Of a DNA stretch of 64,000 nt, positions 53,144-64,000 are shown one piece after another. Below the pieces are notes generated by a model. It ran no database searches. It saw only the letters and a program-made list of their open reading frames with translations, and was not told the origin of the DNA. Position 1 is the stretch's first letter; each line of letters opens with the position of its first letter. The position numbers were made by a program, and so were the translations under genes. Source of the DNA: Eledone cirrhosa (taxonomy: Eukaryota); assembly GCA_964016885.1 (NCBI GenBank), contig OZ024742.1, positions 268,646,001-268,710,000 on the forward strand, given 5' to 3'.

Positions 53144-53611
53144 TACTTTGTTCTTAACTCTGTAGCGGAGATTCATTTGGTCTCCTAGTTAGAATTTTAG
53201 TCTACGACTTCTGCTATACCATTTACGTGGTTTTGTCTTGGCGTGCTATTGTTCACCACGCTCCACATATGACGTATTATCTTCGTTTTTTCGTTCATTG
53301 CCAGAGAACGTCTCTATGCACCACCTAAGAGAACATTAGTCTACGACCTCTGTTATACCATAAACGTGGTTCTGTCTTTGCGCGTAATTGTTTTTCACCG
53401 CTCCTATTAATGACGTATTATTCGTTTTTTCCCATTCTTTGCCAGCGAATGTTTCCACGAACCAAATTATCGACTTCCTGTCTTCCTCCGGTTGCAACGT
53501 TTTTTGAAATATCCAGTTCTGCGTTTACAGATTGACTTTGTTAGTTTCAGAAGATCCCGTTAAGGGTGAAAGCAGCGATTCTTTGGTTAAACTTTAATCT
53601 GTTATTTTAAT
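53140..53611. repeat. (AT)n-flanked repeat with an internal ~139-bp tandem duplication; its right end is inverted at 48219-48287
   Basis: AGTCTACGAC..TATACCAT..ACGTGGTT at ~53199 and ~53338; 53541-53611 is approximately the reverse complement of 48219-48287. Confidence 0.7.
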
Positions 53612-53640
53612 AAATATATATATATATCTATATATATATA

Positions 53641-56600
53641 AACAAAAGATGTAACAAAAAGTAAGACAAATGACAATTACCCACTAGTGAGGAGACTTCC
53701 GAGAAAGAGAACAAAAGCCACAGTTACCCTGACCGCTAAGCCATACCCCCTCTCCCGGTTTTCCTTCAATGCTACAGGCACGCGCTCTGATAATGAGGGC
53801 ATCACCAAAGAGGAAAGTGCCCGTAAGGCCATTTCCTATGCGTCCACCATTCGACCACTTTTACCATGGCCACCAGGCAGATAATAAACACCTGCTCTTC
53901 CTGGTTAAACGAGGACGACGGAGCAATATTTATAAGGAACTCAGCTGATAGGTAGCTCCATCATTCACGTGACAGCGCATTTTCGGCATAAACCCCCAAG
54001 ACAGCAATGCTCTGACACTGGACGAAAGCGTGCAGGACTTCTCGTGACCAGAGGCACATTTTGGCTGGACTGGTTGACGGCACTTCATTTCCTGTAAAGT
54101 TTGTCTCGAACTGGCAACACTCCCTGGTAACACTGCAAGGCCAGGGACTTACGAAGATTATCAAAAGCTCCGAAGAGAATAGCTAGTTGGCTTTTATTGA
54201 CATGCCGAGTTCCCCAAGGACGTCGTAGTACTTGCTCTCCACTAACCCTCTTTAGAACGCAAAGGTCGAGGTTCCACTGATCTCAGTGCCCTGTTGGCAC
54301 AAGAAACAATAAACATTTAAAGATATTCCTCTTTCCATGCACACCCTATCTTTCTCTGCTTTGCCCAGGTGCAGCTCGGGATGGAGACGAGCTGGAGAAA
54401 ATCGTGTTTAGCAAAAGGCGATCACACCTGTTCACAGTCGATTGAGAGCTGGAGAGTCCGTAGCCGGAACGCGTGTTTCCACATCATCAGCTAGGGCATG
54501 CCCAGCCCTCCACGTAGCGGGTGTTGACAGCAGATAGACCACCTGATCATCGGAGCGCGTCCCTTCCACAAATAGCGAAAATGCAAACGCTCCAATGCAC
54601 CTAGGCGTGGCTTAGGACAAGGCACGACGGTCAGGTGGTGGTAGATGATATATCTTTCCGGTGTTGCTTCCTCTAGGACCATTTATGGGCGTGAGAGGCC
54701 ACCCTCCTCATCTCCTCGTCTTAGCTATTGTCTGTCTGGAGGTCCTGACCGAACGAGATACCTAGAAATTTAACCGGTCCGTCCAGAGCCCGATAACGAT
54801 ATAGTCCGGCATGGCCCGGCCTCTCCAGGTGCAGAGCCACAGGGTCACATAATTTTCCTGGGTAATCATTGCCCTTGTCACCGCCTCGTATTCTCTTAGT
54901 GTAGTGCCGATAACATCGATGAGTTAGGCGCTGGACACCACTACGGTGACTTCATCGGCATATGCTGATGCGGTTCTCCCGCATCCTAATTCGTGCGGGA
55001 CGTCTTTCAACGTCTCCAGTATGTGCAGTGATGGCTCGAGAAAAATATGTGCATCATGGAGGAGACCGAGCACGCGATGTTGAACGGTTGTGATTGGCGA
55101 CCGCTGACTATCACTACAGAGCAGATGTCGATGTGCACGGCAGCGATCCAGCCTCATGAGACGGGCCAAAGGCCGGCCGCCATCAGACAAAAGCCAGATC
55201 CATATGGTAGACCCTATCGAAAGCTTTCAACTTATATTAATTGATCAAGGCCTCGCCCGTGCAAGTTTCCCTAGCTACACTCTTCACGGTATATTGCACG
55301 GGTCTTTTCTCAGTAACACCACCGCACCTGGGCTCACAGATCTGAGAATGCTCCCGTTGGGCTACCAATTGCAATATACACTCCATTAAGTGGTTGCCGA
55401 ACATGTCTGATATGTTTACGGAAAGCTCGAAATTTAGACTATCCAACCAACAAGGGCAATTTACCCATCGTACATTACGTCATTGCCTCCCGTACTTCAG
55501 CTGTTGTTATCGAAGTTTTGCAACCCTCCACCTCAATGGTCATGAATCACGTCAAACTGTTGGTGTAGGCATTAAAGTTCATCCCGCTGTCCTCGAACAG
55601 GAGAGCGAAGTGCTGCTAAAAAGCCGCGTACACATACCCGGTATCGAGTAACATGTGCCCGTCGTGTAGCCCCAATGACCGGTTGATGGATTTGTTGCCT
55701 CCGCCACTCGGGCCCATTGAACGGCTTTTCTCACCTAGTATCTGAGATCACGTGCCCTCGGTCTGACAACGCAACCTTCGTGTTTTGTGTTGAAAAATTG
55801 ATTGTGAGGCAATTTTGCAGCAAGCATGTCGGCCACGCTGCCTTAATTAAGCGTCTCATCTAATTTTCTAACAAGTCCCACCCCCCGCTGTTCTATGTTT
55901 CTATATTGCTAACGCCTTACTAACCGTAATGGACTCTATTCTAATCTCCATTTTCAGGGAAACCTGTAGTTGATGGCCCACGTCAACCCCCAACTAGTTC
56001 GCTAATCCGACCACTGTAGGCTTTGCGCGACGTGAGTGAAGCGTTTAGCTTCCAGTAGCCCAGCCCCTGTGGTCTGTGTAGTCGAGTATCTAATTCTTTA
56101 CAAGAGATCTCTAATTCCTTATAAATAGCCTTTCAAGATACGATGTGGATGACCGATGCGGTTTGTCCATGTCCATATTGGCACATTCGGGAAATCCAGT
56201 CGGTACCTGTCAGACAGTTGGAAACGTCTGAGCAGGTTTGCGGGGTTTTTGCACCATCCTCCCCTATTGGCTAATCCCACACAATCCCAGCGTGCATCCA
56301 AGATCCTCCAAATCAACCATTAACATTGAAGAGCTGGACGTTCCTAGGAAGGTCACCAGTCGCCTGAAAAAATAATGACGCCATACCACTGTTGGTGGCA
56401 TAAACTGCCACTAGCCTAAAAGCGTTGCCTTCCCTGCTGTTCACGTCTAGCACCACCGACTTACCTTCTGTGTCCAGGAAGATGCTCTGTATTACGAGAT
56501 ACTGACCTCTGAGAAACAACACAGCCACTCCGGCTCCCGAACCCTGCTGGCTTGGAGATGCGTACACATCGTAACCGCCTAAGATGGGTGCGAAGGCATG

Positions 56601-57560
56601 TGCCTCGGGAATTCTGGTCTCACTGATGGCCACCATATCTATGTTCATTGATCTGAGGCCGTTGAGCAGGTGACCGTGCTTTCATGATGACCCCAGACCA
56701 CGTGCATTCATGTTGCCTATTCTGATTCAGGTCATGTTTCAATCGTGTGGGAGAAGTTGGGAAAGACCACTTACCTGAGTTCTTGTGGAGGAAGGATGGT
56801 TTTCCGTCCTTAAGACTGTTTGTGGCCCTGTCCGGAAGAATGACTTTTGCCAGATGTCTACGATCTGATTTTGGGAATTCTTCTTTTGGGTTGTGTATGT
56901 TTTCTGTGAGATGCTTGCTATTTGTATGTGTGTGTGTAGTATGGCGTGAATGTTTGGGGTGTTGTGTAGTTTTTTCTCTTTTATGCTTATGTTGTGTTGG
57001 ATGCAGTACAGTAGTTGTTTATTGTTCGTGTTTGAAGTTGTGTAACGTGTTCTGTTTTGGTCTTTTTGTTGCTTTGTCGTTGTTGCACGCGTGGGTTTGT
57101 TTCTGTTTCGCTTGTTGGTGTTTTTGTGGTTCTGTTGGCGGTGGTGATCGGGTTGATGATGGTGATGGCGTTAGTGTTTATGGCGATGGGTCTGGTGATG
57201 CTGGTGTGCGTGGTTGTTGTGGCGTGGATCTCTTAACTTGTTTTGTTTATTGGTTACTTTTTATGTTCTCGTTTTTTTTTTTTTATAGCGAAGAGGTTTA
57301 TTTCTTTTCTGGTTTCTTTTTTTTTTAAGTTTTCCACCCCTCCTCATCGTCAAATCCGTCTTCAGTTGTGAGTGTTCGAGAACTTGGATGTCCTGTTTTG
57401 GCATTTGTGTTGCTTATGGCGTGGTGTATGGTGGTGAGGCTAGTGATACTTCTGGTTAATGTATGTTTTCCTTCCGTTGCTGACTCTTTTTTCTCTGGTT
57501 TGACCAGTGCGGTATACAGGAGAGTTGCTTTAATTTTAACGATTAACTACTTTACTATCC
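53641..57560 (-). mobile_element. Decayed Tx1-clade LINE (ORF1 remnant, EN, RT with deletions)
   Basis: NIDMVAISETRIPE, ILDARWDCVG, AYADEVT, LTVVPCPKPRL..WKGRAPM..CCQHPLRGGLGMP. Confidence 0.88.
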
Positions 57561-57620
57561 ATCCTATATTTTCTAAAATGTCCATGCTCGGATACCATTT
57601 TTATTTATATATCATGCTGT

Positions 57621-57688
<68 letters not shown>

Positions 57689-57745
57689 TGTGTATGTGTG
57701 TGTGTGTGGGGTGTATGGGGGGGGGTCTGTGTATGTGTGTGTGCG

Positions 57746-57777
<32 letters not shown>

Positions 57778-57799
57778 ATTGTGTGCATGTGCGTGTATG

Positions 57800-60700
57800 A
57801 GTGGGTTACACTTAGTGATAAGGATATGTTATGGATCAGGTTTAGTGTTGTGTCAAGTTTCAGAGTTGTGTTAAAGGAATATAGATATGATCAGGGTTAG
57901 TTTTAGGGGTATATTTAGGTTTAGATTTACGGTTTGTCTAGAGTTAATTTCAGCGTTAAAGTTAGGTTTAAAGTTAGGCTTCGTCTTAGGACTAACGTTT
58001 ATATGAAATTTAATGTTTATATTTAATTTTATGTCTGCTTTTATGCTTAGGGGTAGGATTAGTGATAGGAATGGTGCTAGGTTGTGTGTTAGGGTTACTG
58101 TTAGTGTTTAGATTAAGTTCGGTTTGAGAGTTAGGATCAGGGGTATGTTAGTGGTAAACGGACATCTATGGTTAGGAATATACTTTTGTTTGGTGATTCT
58201 GTAAGTATTCATGAGAGTATTATAAATAGGGTTTTAGTTAGGTTTTAGATTTAGTTTTAGTGTTATAGTTAGCTTTTGCCTGGAGTTAGAATTAGGAATG
58301 TAGATAAGTTTAGGAATGGTATTAGGGGTAGTTTTACGTTTAGGGCTACGATTAATTTTTGGGATATGGTCACAGTTAGGACAAGGATTATTCTAAGTAT
58401 AGTCCTAGGGCTAGAAAGAGGATGTGGGTTTTGTTAGGTGTTAGGACGTAGGTTTTGTTAGTCAAATCCAGTTACCTGTTTTGGTTTCAGCTTAATGTTA
58501 GGGTTAGGACAACAGATAGATTAGGTTTAGTTTTAAGGTTAGTGGTATGGTTAGAGCTAGCGCTAGAGCTATGGCTAGAGCTAAATTCATGTTTAAGGAT
58601 AGTTATAGGATCTGGCTTATTCGTCGTGTTAGTGCTAGGATAGGTTTGGAAAAAGTTAAAGTTTATTTAGGTTAACGGCTAGGGTTAGCTTTATGTTTAC
58701 GGTTGGCTTTATGATTGGATAGGGCTCTGTTGATATTTTAAGTTCATGCAATGTTATGGTTCAGACAAAGGGTAAGGGATACGAGTTATGTTTAGTGCTA
58801 AAATGTTGTCTAAGGTTAGGTTTAGGTTCATGTTTATGTTTATGATTAGGTTTTGTGTTAGGTCATTATTTAAGGGTAGTCTTTGGGTTACGGTTAACTT
58901 TATATTTTGTTTTAGAATTGAGGCTACAGTTAGGGTTATGGTTAGGTTTACGGTTATTTTTAAGGTTTAGTGTTCGCGTTAGGGTTAGGGTTAAGGTTAA
59001 GCTTGTGCTTAGGATTAATATTTGTATTTTGAGATAAGGTTATTAATAAGTTTATGGTTAGTGTTAGGAATAGATTGATGGTGAGATGTTGGTTAAAATT
59101 AAATTTGGGGATAGGGTTAAACATCGTGCTAATTTTAGTGTGAGGTTTAGCCATATCCTTATGTTTAGCATTGCCGTTTGGTAAGACTTGGTGCTAGGGT
59201 TAATTTAGTGTTATGTGAGATTTGGCTTTATATTATGTTTCATGTCAGATTTAGAGTTAGTGTTTAAGTTTGGATTCGATTTAGGCTAAATATTTAGTTT
59301 AAGGTTAGGGTAGGTTAATGGTGGGTTAGATCTGGTAATATGCTTGGTTAGATCTGGTAATATGCTTGGGTTTAGCGTTAGGGTTTGATTAGAGTAAGAG
59401 TTAGAGGTTAAGGATAGAGTCAGAATTCTGGTCATTGTGTGTTGATATATTTAGGACATAGGTTAGCCGTAAGTAGAGTTCCAGTTTTAGTGTAAGTTTC
59501 AGTGTTACAGTAATGGTAGCGCTATGATTATGATTAATGTTCTAGTTAGGTTATGTTTAGGATCAAATTTGGGGTTAGGTTTATTTTTAAGGTTCAGTTT
59601 CATGTTAGGCTATAGTTAGGTTTACGGTTAGGATTAGGTTAGTGTGAGTAATTAGTTAAAAGGTGAACGTTAAACTTAGTGGTACAGGTAGGTTTACACT
59701 TGATGTCCGGATTAGGGATAGGAATATGGTTAGGTTTAATAATATAAATAGTGTCAGGGTTATTGTTAGAGTTAATTTTAGATTTGGGGTTAGTCTTAGT
59801 TTTAGTGATGGGGGTAAGATTGCCTTTTGGGTTATGGTTCAGGAAATATTTATGTTAAGATTTAGAACTATATTAAGGTATATGGATTATGTTTAGTGTT
59901 AAATTAAGTTTATATTTAACATTAGGCTTAAGTTTATGATTGATGTTAGGGTTAGGTTTAGTTTTAGGTTTTCTTTCTAATATTAGGATTAGGGTAAGAG
60001 TAAATGTAACGTTAAGCGTTAGAGTTAGGTTCAGTGTTTAGTCTAAGCGATAGAATTACGTTTAGGGTTAGCGTTATCTTTAAATCTAGACGTGAGATTA
60101 GTTTTAAATTTAGGTTTAGGATTTGTTATATATTTACAAATATTGCTACGGTTATTATTAAATGTATGGATATGTTAAGGGCGGTGGATTGGCAGTATCG
60201 GTAGAGGGTCGGACGCCATGCTTTGACGCATAGAGTTACGGCCCTTGCCATTCTGAGTTCAAATCCCGCCGAGGTTGACTTTGCCTTTCATCCTTACGGG
60301 GTCGATAAAATAAAGTACCAGTAATACACTGGGTAGTTGCTGGCCTTATGCCAAAAGTAGAAACAATTATTAAATGTATGGATAAGGTTAGGTTAAGTTA
60401 ATGTTTGGTATTATTGACATGGAAGTGTTAGGCTTAATTTTGGGGTTAGGGTTACAGTTAGGATTAGGATAGTCGTAGTGTTATATTTAGAAATATAGAT
60501 AATTTTACTGTTAGATTGTGTGTTAACGATCCAACAAGGTTTGGGGTTATTGTTAGGCGCGTATTTAGATTGACAATTAGATATAAGGCTAATTTTATCG
60601 TAATGTAACGTTTAGTGTTGGGGTTTGAATTAAGCTTACTTATAGGGTTAGGGATAGGCTTAAGGCAAGGTTAATCATTATATTCAGGTTTAAAGTTAAT

Positions 60701-61545
60701 TAATGTTTTCAAATTTTCAATGGGGCTTATTTTATGATTTCGTTTAGTGTTTAGAGTTAGGCTTACATTTTAGATTTAAATTTAGATTTAGGGTTAGTGT
60801 TAGAGCCATGTTTCAGTCAGGTTTAAGATTTAGATTTAGATTTAAGGTTAGTGTTGGAGCCATGTTTCAGTCATTTTTCAGTTGAGGTTTAATTTAGCAT
60901 TAGGCCTAATGTTTAAGATAACATTTTTGTTAGACATGTGTTAAAATTGGATTAGTGTTAGGCACCAGCAGTAGGTGTTCGGCTGAGGTTGTAGGTTTAG
61001 TATTAAGGTTAGATGTAGTGGTTAGCGTTTAGGGTTAGGTTTAGCTTTAAGTTTAAGTGTTGGGTTATCTTTAGCGTTTAGTGTTAGGTTTAGGTATAGG
61101 TTTAGGTTCAGTGTTAAAAGTAGGATTACGGGTAGGTTTAGCTTTAAGATTATATTTAGAATCACGTGCAAGTTTAGGTTTAGATTTAGGGTTAAACTTA
61201 GTTTGAGATTGAGGGTTATATTAGGTGTTAGGACTAGTGTTACATTTAGTGTTAGAGATTGTTTTACGTTTAGTATAGGTTTAATTTTCCTATTAACAGT
61301 AGTGTTATGTACGTTCAGTTTTATTTAACTCTTTAGTATTAGAGTTAGTGTATTGGTAAGATTTACTGTTAATGTTACGTTTAAGTTTAGGATTAGTGTA
61401 AGTGTTAGTGTTAATGTTAGTATCAAAGTCATGTTTAGTGCCATATTAAGTGTCAGTGGTAGCGTTAATTTATACTTAATATTAGGTTTACGGATAAGGA
61501 TTATGCTTAGGTTACTATTAGAAACAATTAAATTTTTTGTTTAGG
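57800..61545 (+). repeat. Degenerate TTAGGG-like hexamer tract (~3.7 kb)
   Basis: Strong G/T strand bias with recurring TTAGGG/TTAGGT/TTAGTG, e.g. GTTAGGGTTAGGGTTAAGGTTAAG at ~58978-59001. Confidence 0.75.
60180..60371 (+). mobile_element. tRNA-derived SINE, full length, with target-site duplication
   Basis: A-box-like TGGCAGTATCGG, B-box GTTCAAATCC, ATT tail. ATTATTAAATGTATGGATA at 60154-60172 and 60366-60384. Confidence 0.92.
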
Positions 61546-61819
61546 CTTAAATCGTAGAGATCGGCTGAGATATTTAAATGAACTCATAAAGACAAGAATG
61601 TGTGGAACAGAACATAAGTTCGACACTAATTAACAAGACTAGTCACTGAAGAAGTCACCGCATATGAGACGAAGGTGATTTGCGAACTAACATTTAAACA
61701 ATCATTCGTTTATAAACCTAACCGATGGAATATTATAATAATAAATTTACGTGAAATTCACTTTGCACGAGTGCTTTTAACGGCACCAGGGGACACCGAT
61801 ATGTATAACTTTAATTATA

Positions 61820-61933
<114 letters not shown>

Positions 61934-62419
61934 GTATGGTTTCTAGGATGCGTCCATAGGCGGTATGCCGTTTGAGCACTCTATGCTCCTTTGGAGAAAA
62001 CGAAGAATCAGTGATGCATCGGAACACAATTTATTACGTATTACAATTGTTTGTCCGGCGAACAGCTCGGGGAGCGATCTGTTTGTGGATCGAACCAGAT
62101 TCTGGATTCGCAAGTTCCTCATCCTGTTTGCATGGCACTTAGATTGGTTGATAGTTCGTGACGTCATCATTGTGCTTGACCATTGGAATCTGCCCACTGG
62201 CTATCTCCATTCAGACGTAAGCTGTCATTCATTCCAATCCCAACGCCAAAATTAATGCTGTCTTTAGGAGTGCTTTTATGATTTCCATGCCAATCCCTTG
62301 CATGCCAGCCTCCCCATACATATACCCCCACACGCACACGTGCTCACACCTATATAGAGGCATTCCGAACCATTAATCGTACACTTGTATGTGTGGACCT
62401 ACACACACTCACACATAGA

Positions 62420-63300
62420 GCATGCGCGTTTGCGTTCACACATGTACATACATATATATTTATCTCAGATGAATTCCTGAGCTGGAAGTCAAGCAGGGAT
62501 CCAGTTTCATCTTGTTGTTCTATGCTAAACCTTATGTTAATGTTCACGCTAGAGAATCTTGTTTATATTTTGTCTGCTTCTTCACGGCTGGTGTAAGGAT
62601 GAGTATGTTATCTACAAATCGCGTGAAGAAGGCACAGGAGGGTCCGATATTCTAGGTAATTCATATAAGTGATGGCCAGCAGGCCCGATAGGTTAGAGCC
62701 CATGAGCAGTCCTATGTGTTTGTATGTGTGGTTGTGGAAGGTGGAATAGGTATTATTCATCGTGATGGTTAAAGGCTGATGTATGTCTCTCGGTTGCAGA
62801 CAATTGTATATGTCTTCAGAGATCATGCTATCAGTCAATAAATTGAATGCTGGGTGAGCGGAGACTGTAGTGTAGGAGACAGCGTCGAGACTAAAGGTAT
62901 GCTTCTTGAGTATAATTTGGTATGGTTGGAGTTGGTAGAGACATTGTATGAATTCATGCGAGCTACAGACATGCCTGAGGAAGGTGGATAGCATAGGCTT
63001 AAGGATCTGAGTGAGGAGCCAAGACATATTATATAGGGATCCTTCTATGCTGTGCAATATGAGAAATGTAACGGCTTGTATATAGGCAGCACCAGAAGAC
63101 ACATACACATAATTAACGAACACATTAACATTAATGCTTCCTCATGCAAAGAAAAATATTTAGAGAAAGGGAAATACACTAAGAAAACCATAACCGTTAA
63201 CATTAAAACAATGGAAAGGAACCTATGCAATCTTAGAATAAAGGAAGCATTTATCATAGCCAGAACACACCCACAAATCAATAATAGACTAGAATGAAGC
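62420..63300. mobile_element. Decayed Penelope-like element with RT (-) and GIY-YIG (+) in opposite orientations
   Basis: Minus: GSLYNMSWLLTQILKP, FSLDAVS, GLLMGSNLSGLLAITYM. Plus from ~63044: YAVQYEKCNGLYIGSTRR..NEH..LRIKEAFII..HPQINNR. Confidence 0.8.
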
Positions 63301-63599
63301 ACACAATACATAACATTGAATTAGGCGCACAACGCCTAATTTAGAAGGCCACTGGTCTCTACACATAGGGGTACACATGGGCCCGCATACGAGCATATAG
63401 ATGCGTAATGGTATGCCTTGGTGTATATATGCATGAGAGCGATTACATTTGTTCATATGAGTGTATGGGCGTATTTGCTGGTGGGAGGAGACACACTCCA
63501 TCATATTATTTTTCTGTGAGAAACTCTGTATATGCATCCATGTCTTCACACTATTATATCCGTGCATGTGTGCGTATTTGCGTACGTGCTTACACAAAC

Positions 63600-63652
<53 letters not shown>

Positions 63653-64000
63653 TATACGCATGTACATGTGTGTCAGTGCGTGTTAGTATATATATGTTTG
63701 TGTATTTTTAAAGGGAAATCACTATGTGCCTCCTTTGACCTGTCCTGACCTTTAATTTTTTAAACAAATGAGGTTAAAAAAAAAATTAATAAAATACTTC
63801 CGGTAGCATGGTATTGCTCGCACTATTGGACACTGGATTAGTCCCTTTTATTTTCTCCAGAGAGATTTTATTAATCGAAATATCATGACATATAAATAAA
63901 TTAAGTTAAAATACATAGCACCTTGTTTAACAATTTATTTATTCCTGCATTTCATATAGTCTTGGCTTTCACACGAGTGTGTGCCAGCCGCGAATCTAAA

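Overview
An AT-rich, microsatellite-dense stretch of eukaryotic DNA, probably an octopus or related cephalopod (inferred from the SINE and repeat landscape). I find no supportable host exon; nearly all recognisable content is retroelement-derived. It includes: (i) five Tx1/L1-clade LINE copies, one near full length (25003-30788); (ii) four R4/Dong-type RLE-endonuclease elements of two families, alternating with Tx1 copies and separated by (TTA)n tracts across 18.2-36 kb; (iii) several Penelope-like elements (PLEs) with inverted pseudo-LTRs; (iv) a tRNA-derived SINE family; (v) a ~3.7-kb degenerate TTAGGG-like tract. The most interesting signal is non-coding. A ~427-bp ORF-less tandem repeat carries one minimal type I hammerhead ribozyme per unit and occurs at two loci, making it a candidate retrozyme/circular-RNA element. 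There is also an apparently intact U3-A8 variant hammerhead at 1066-1159, several further hammerhead relics, and an HDV-like ribozyme fold at the 5' end of the near full-length Dong element. All folds and alignments were done by eye, so most boundaries are approximate.
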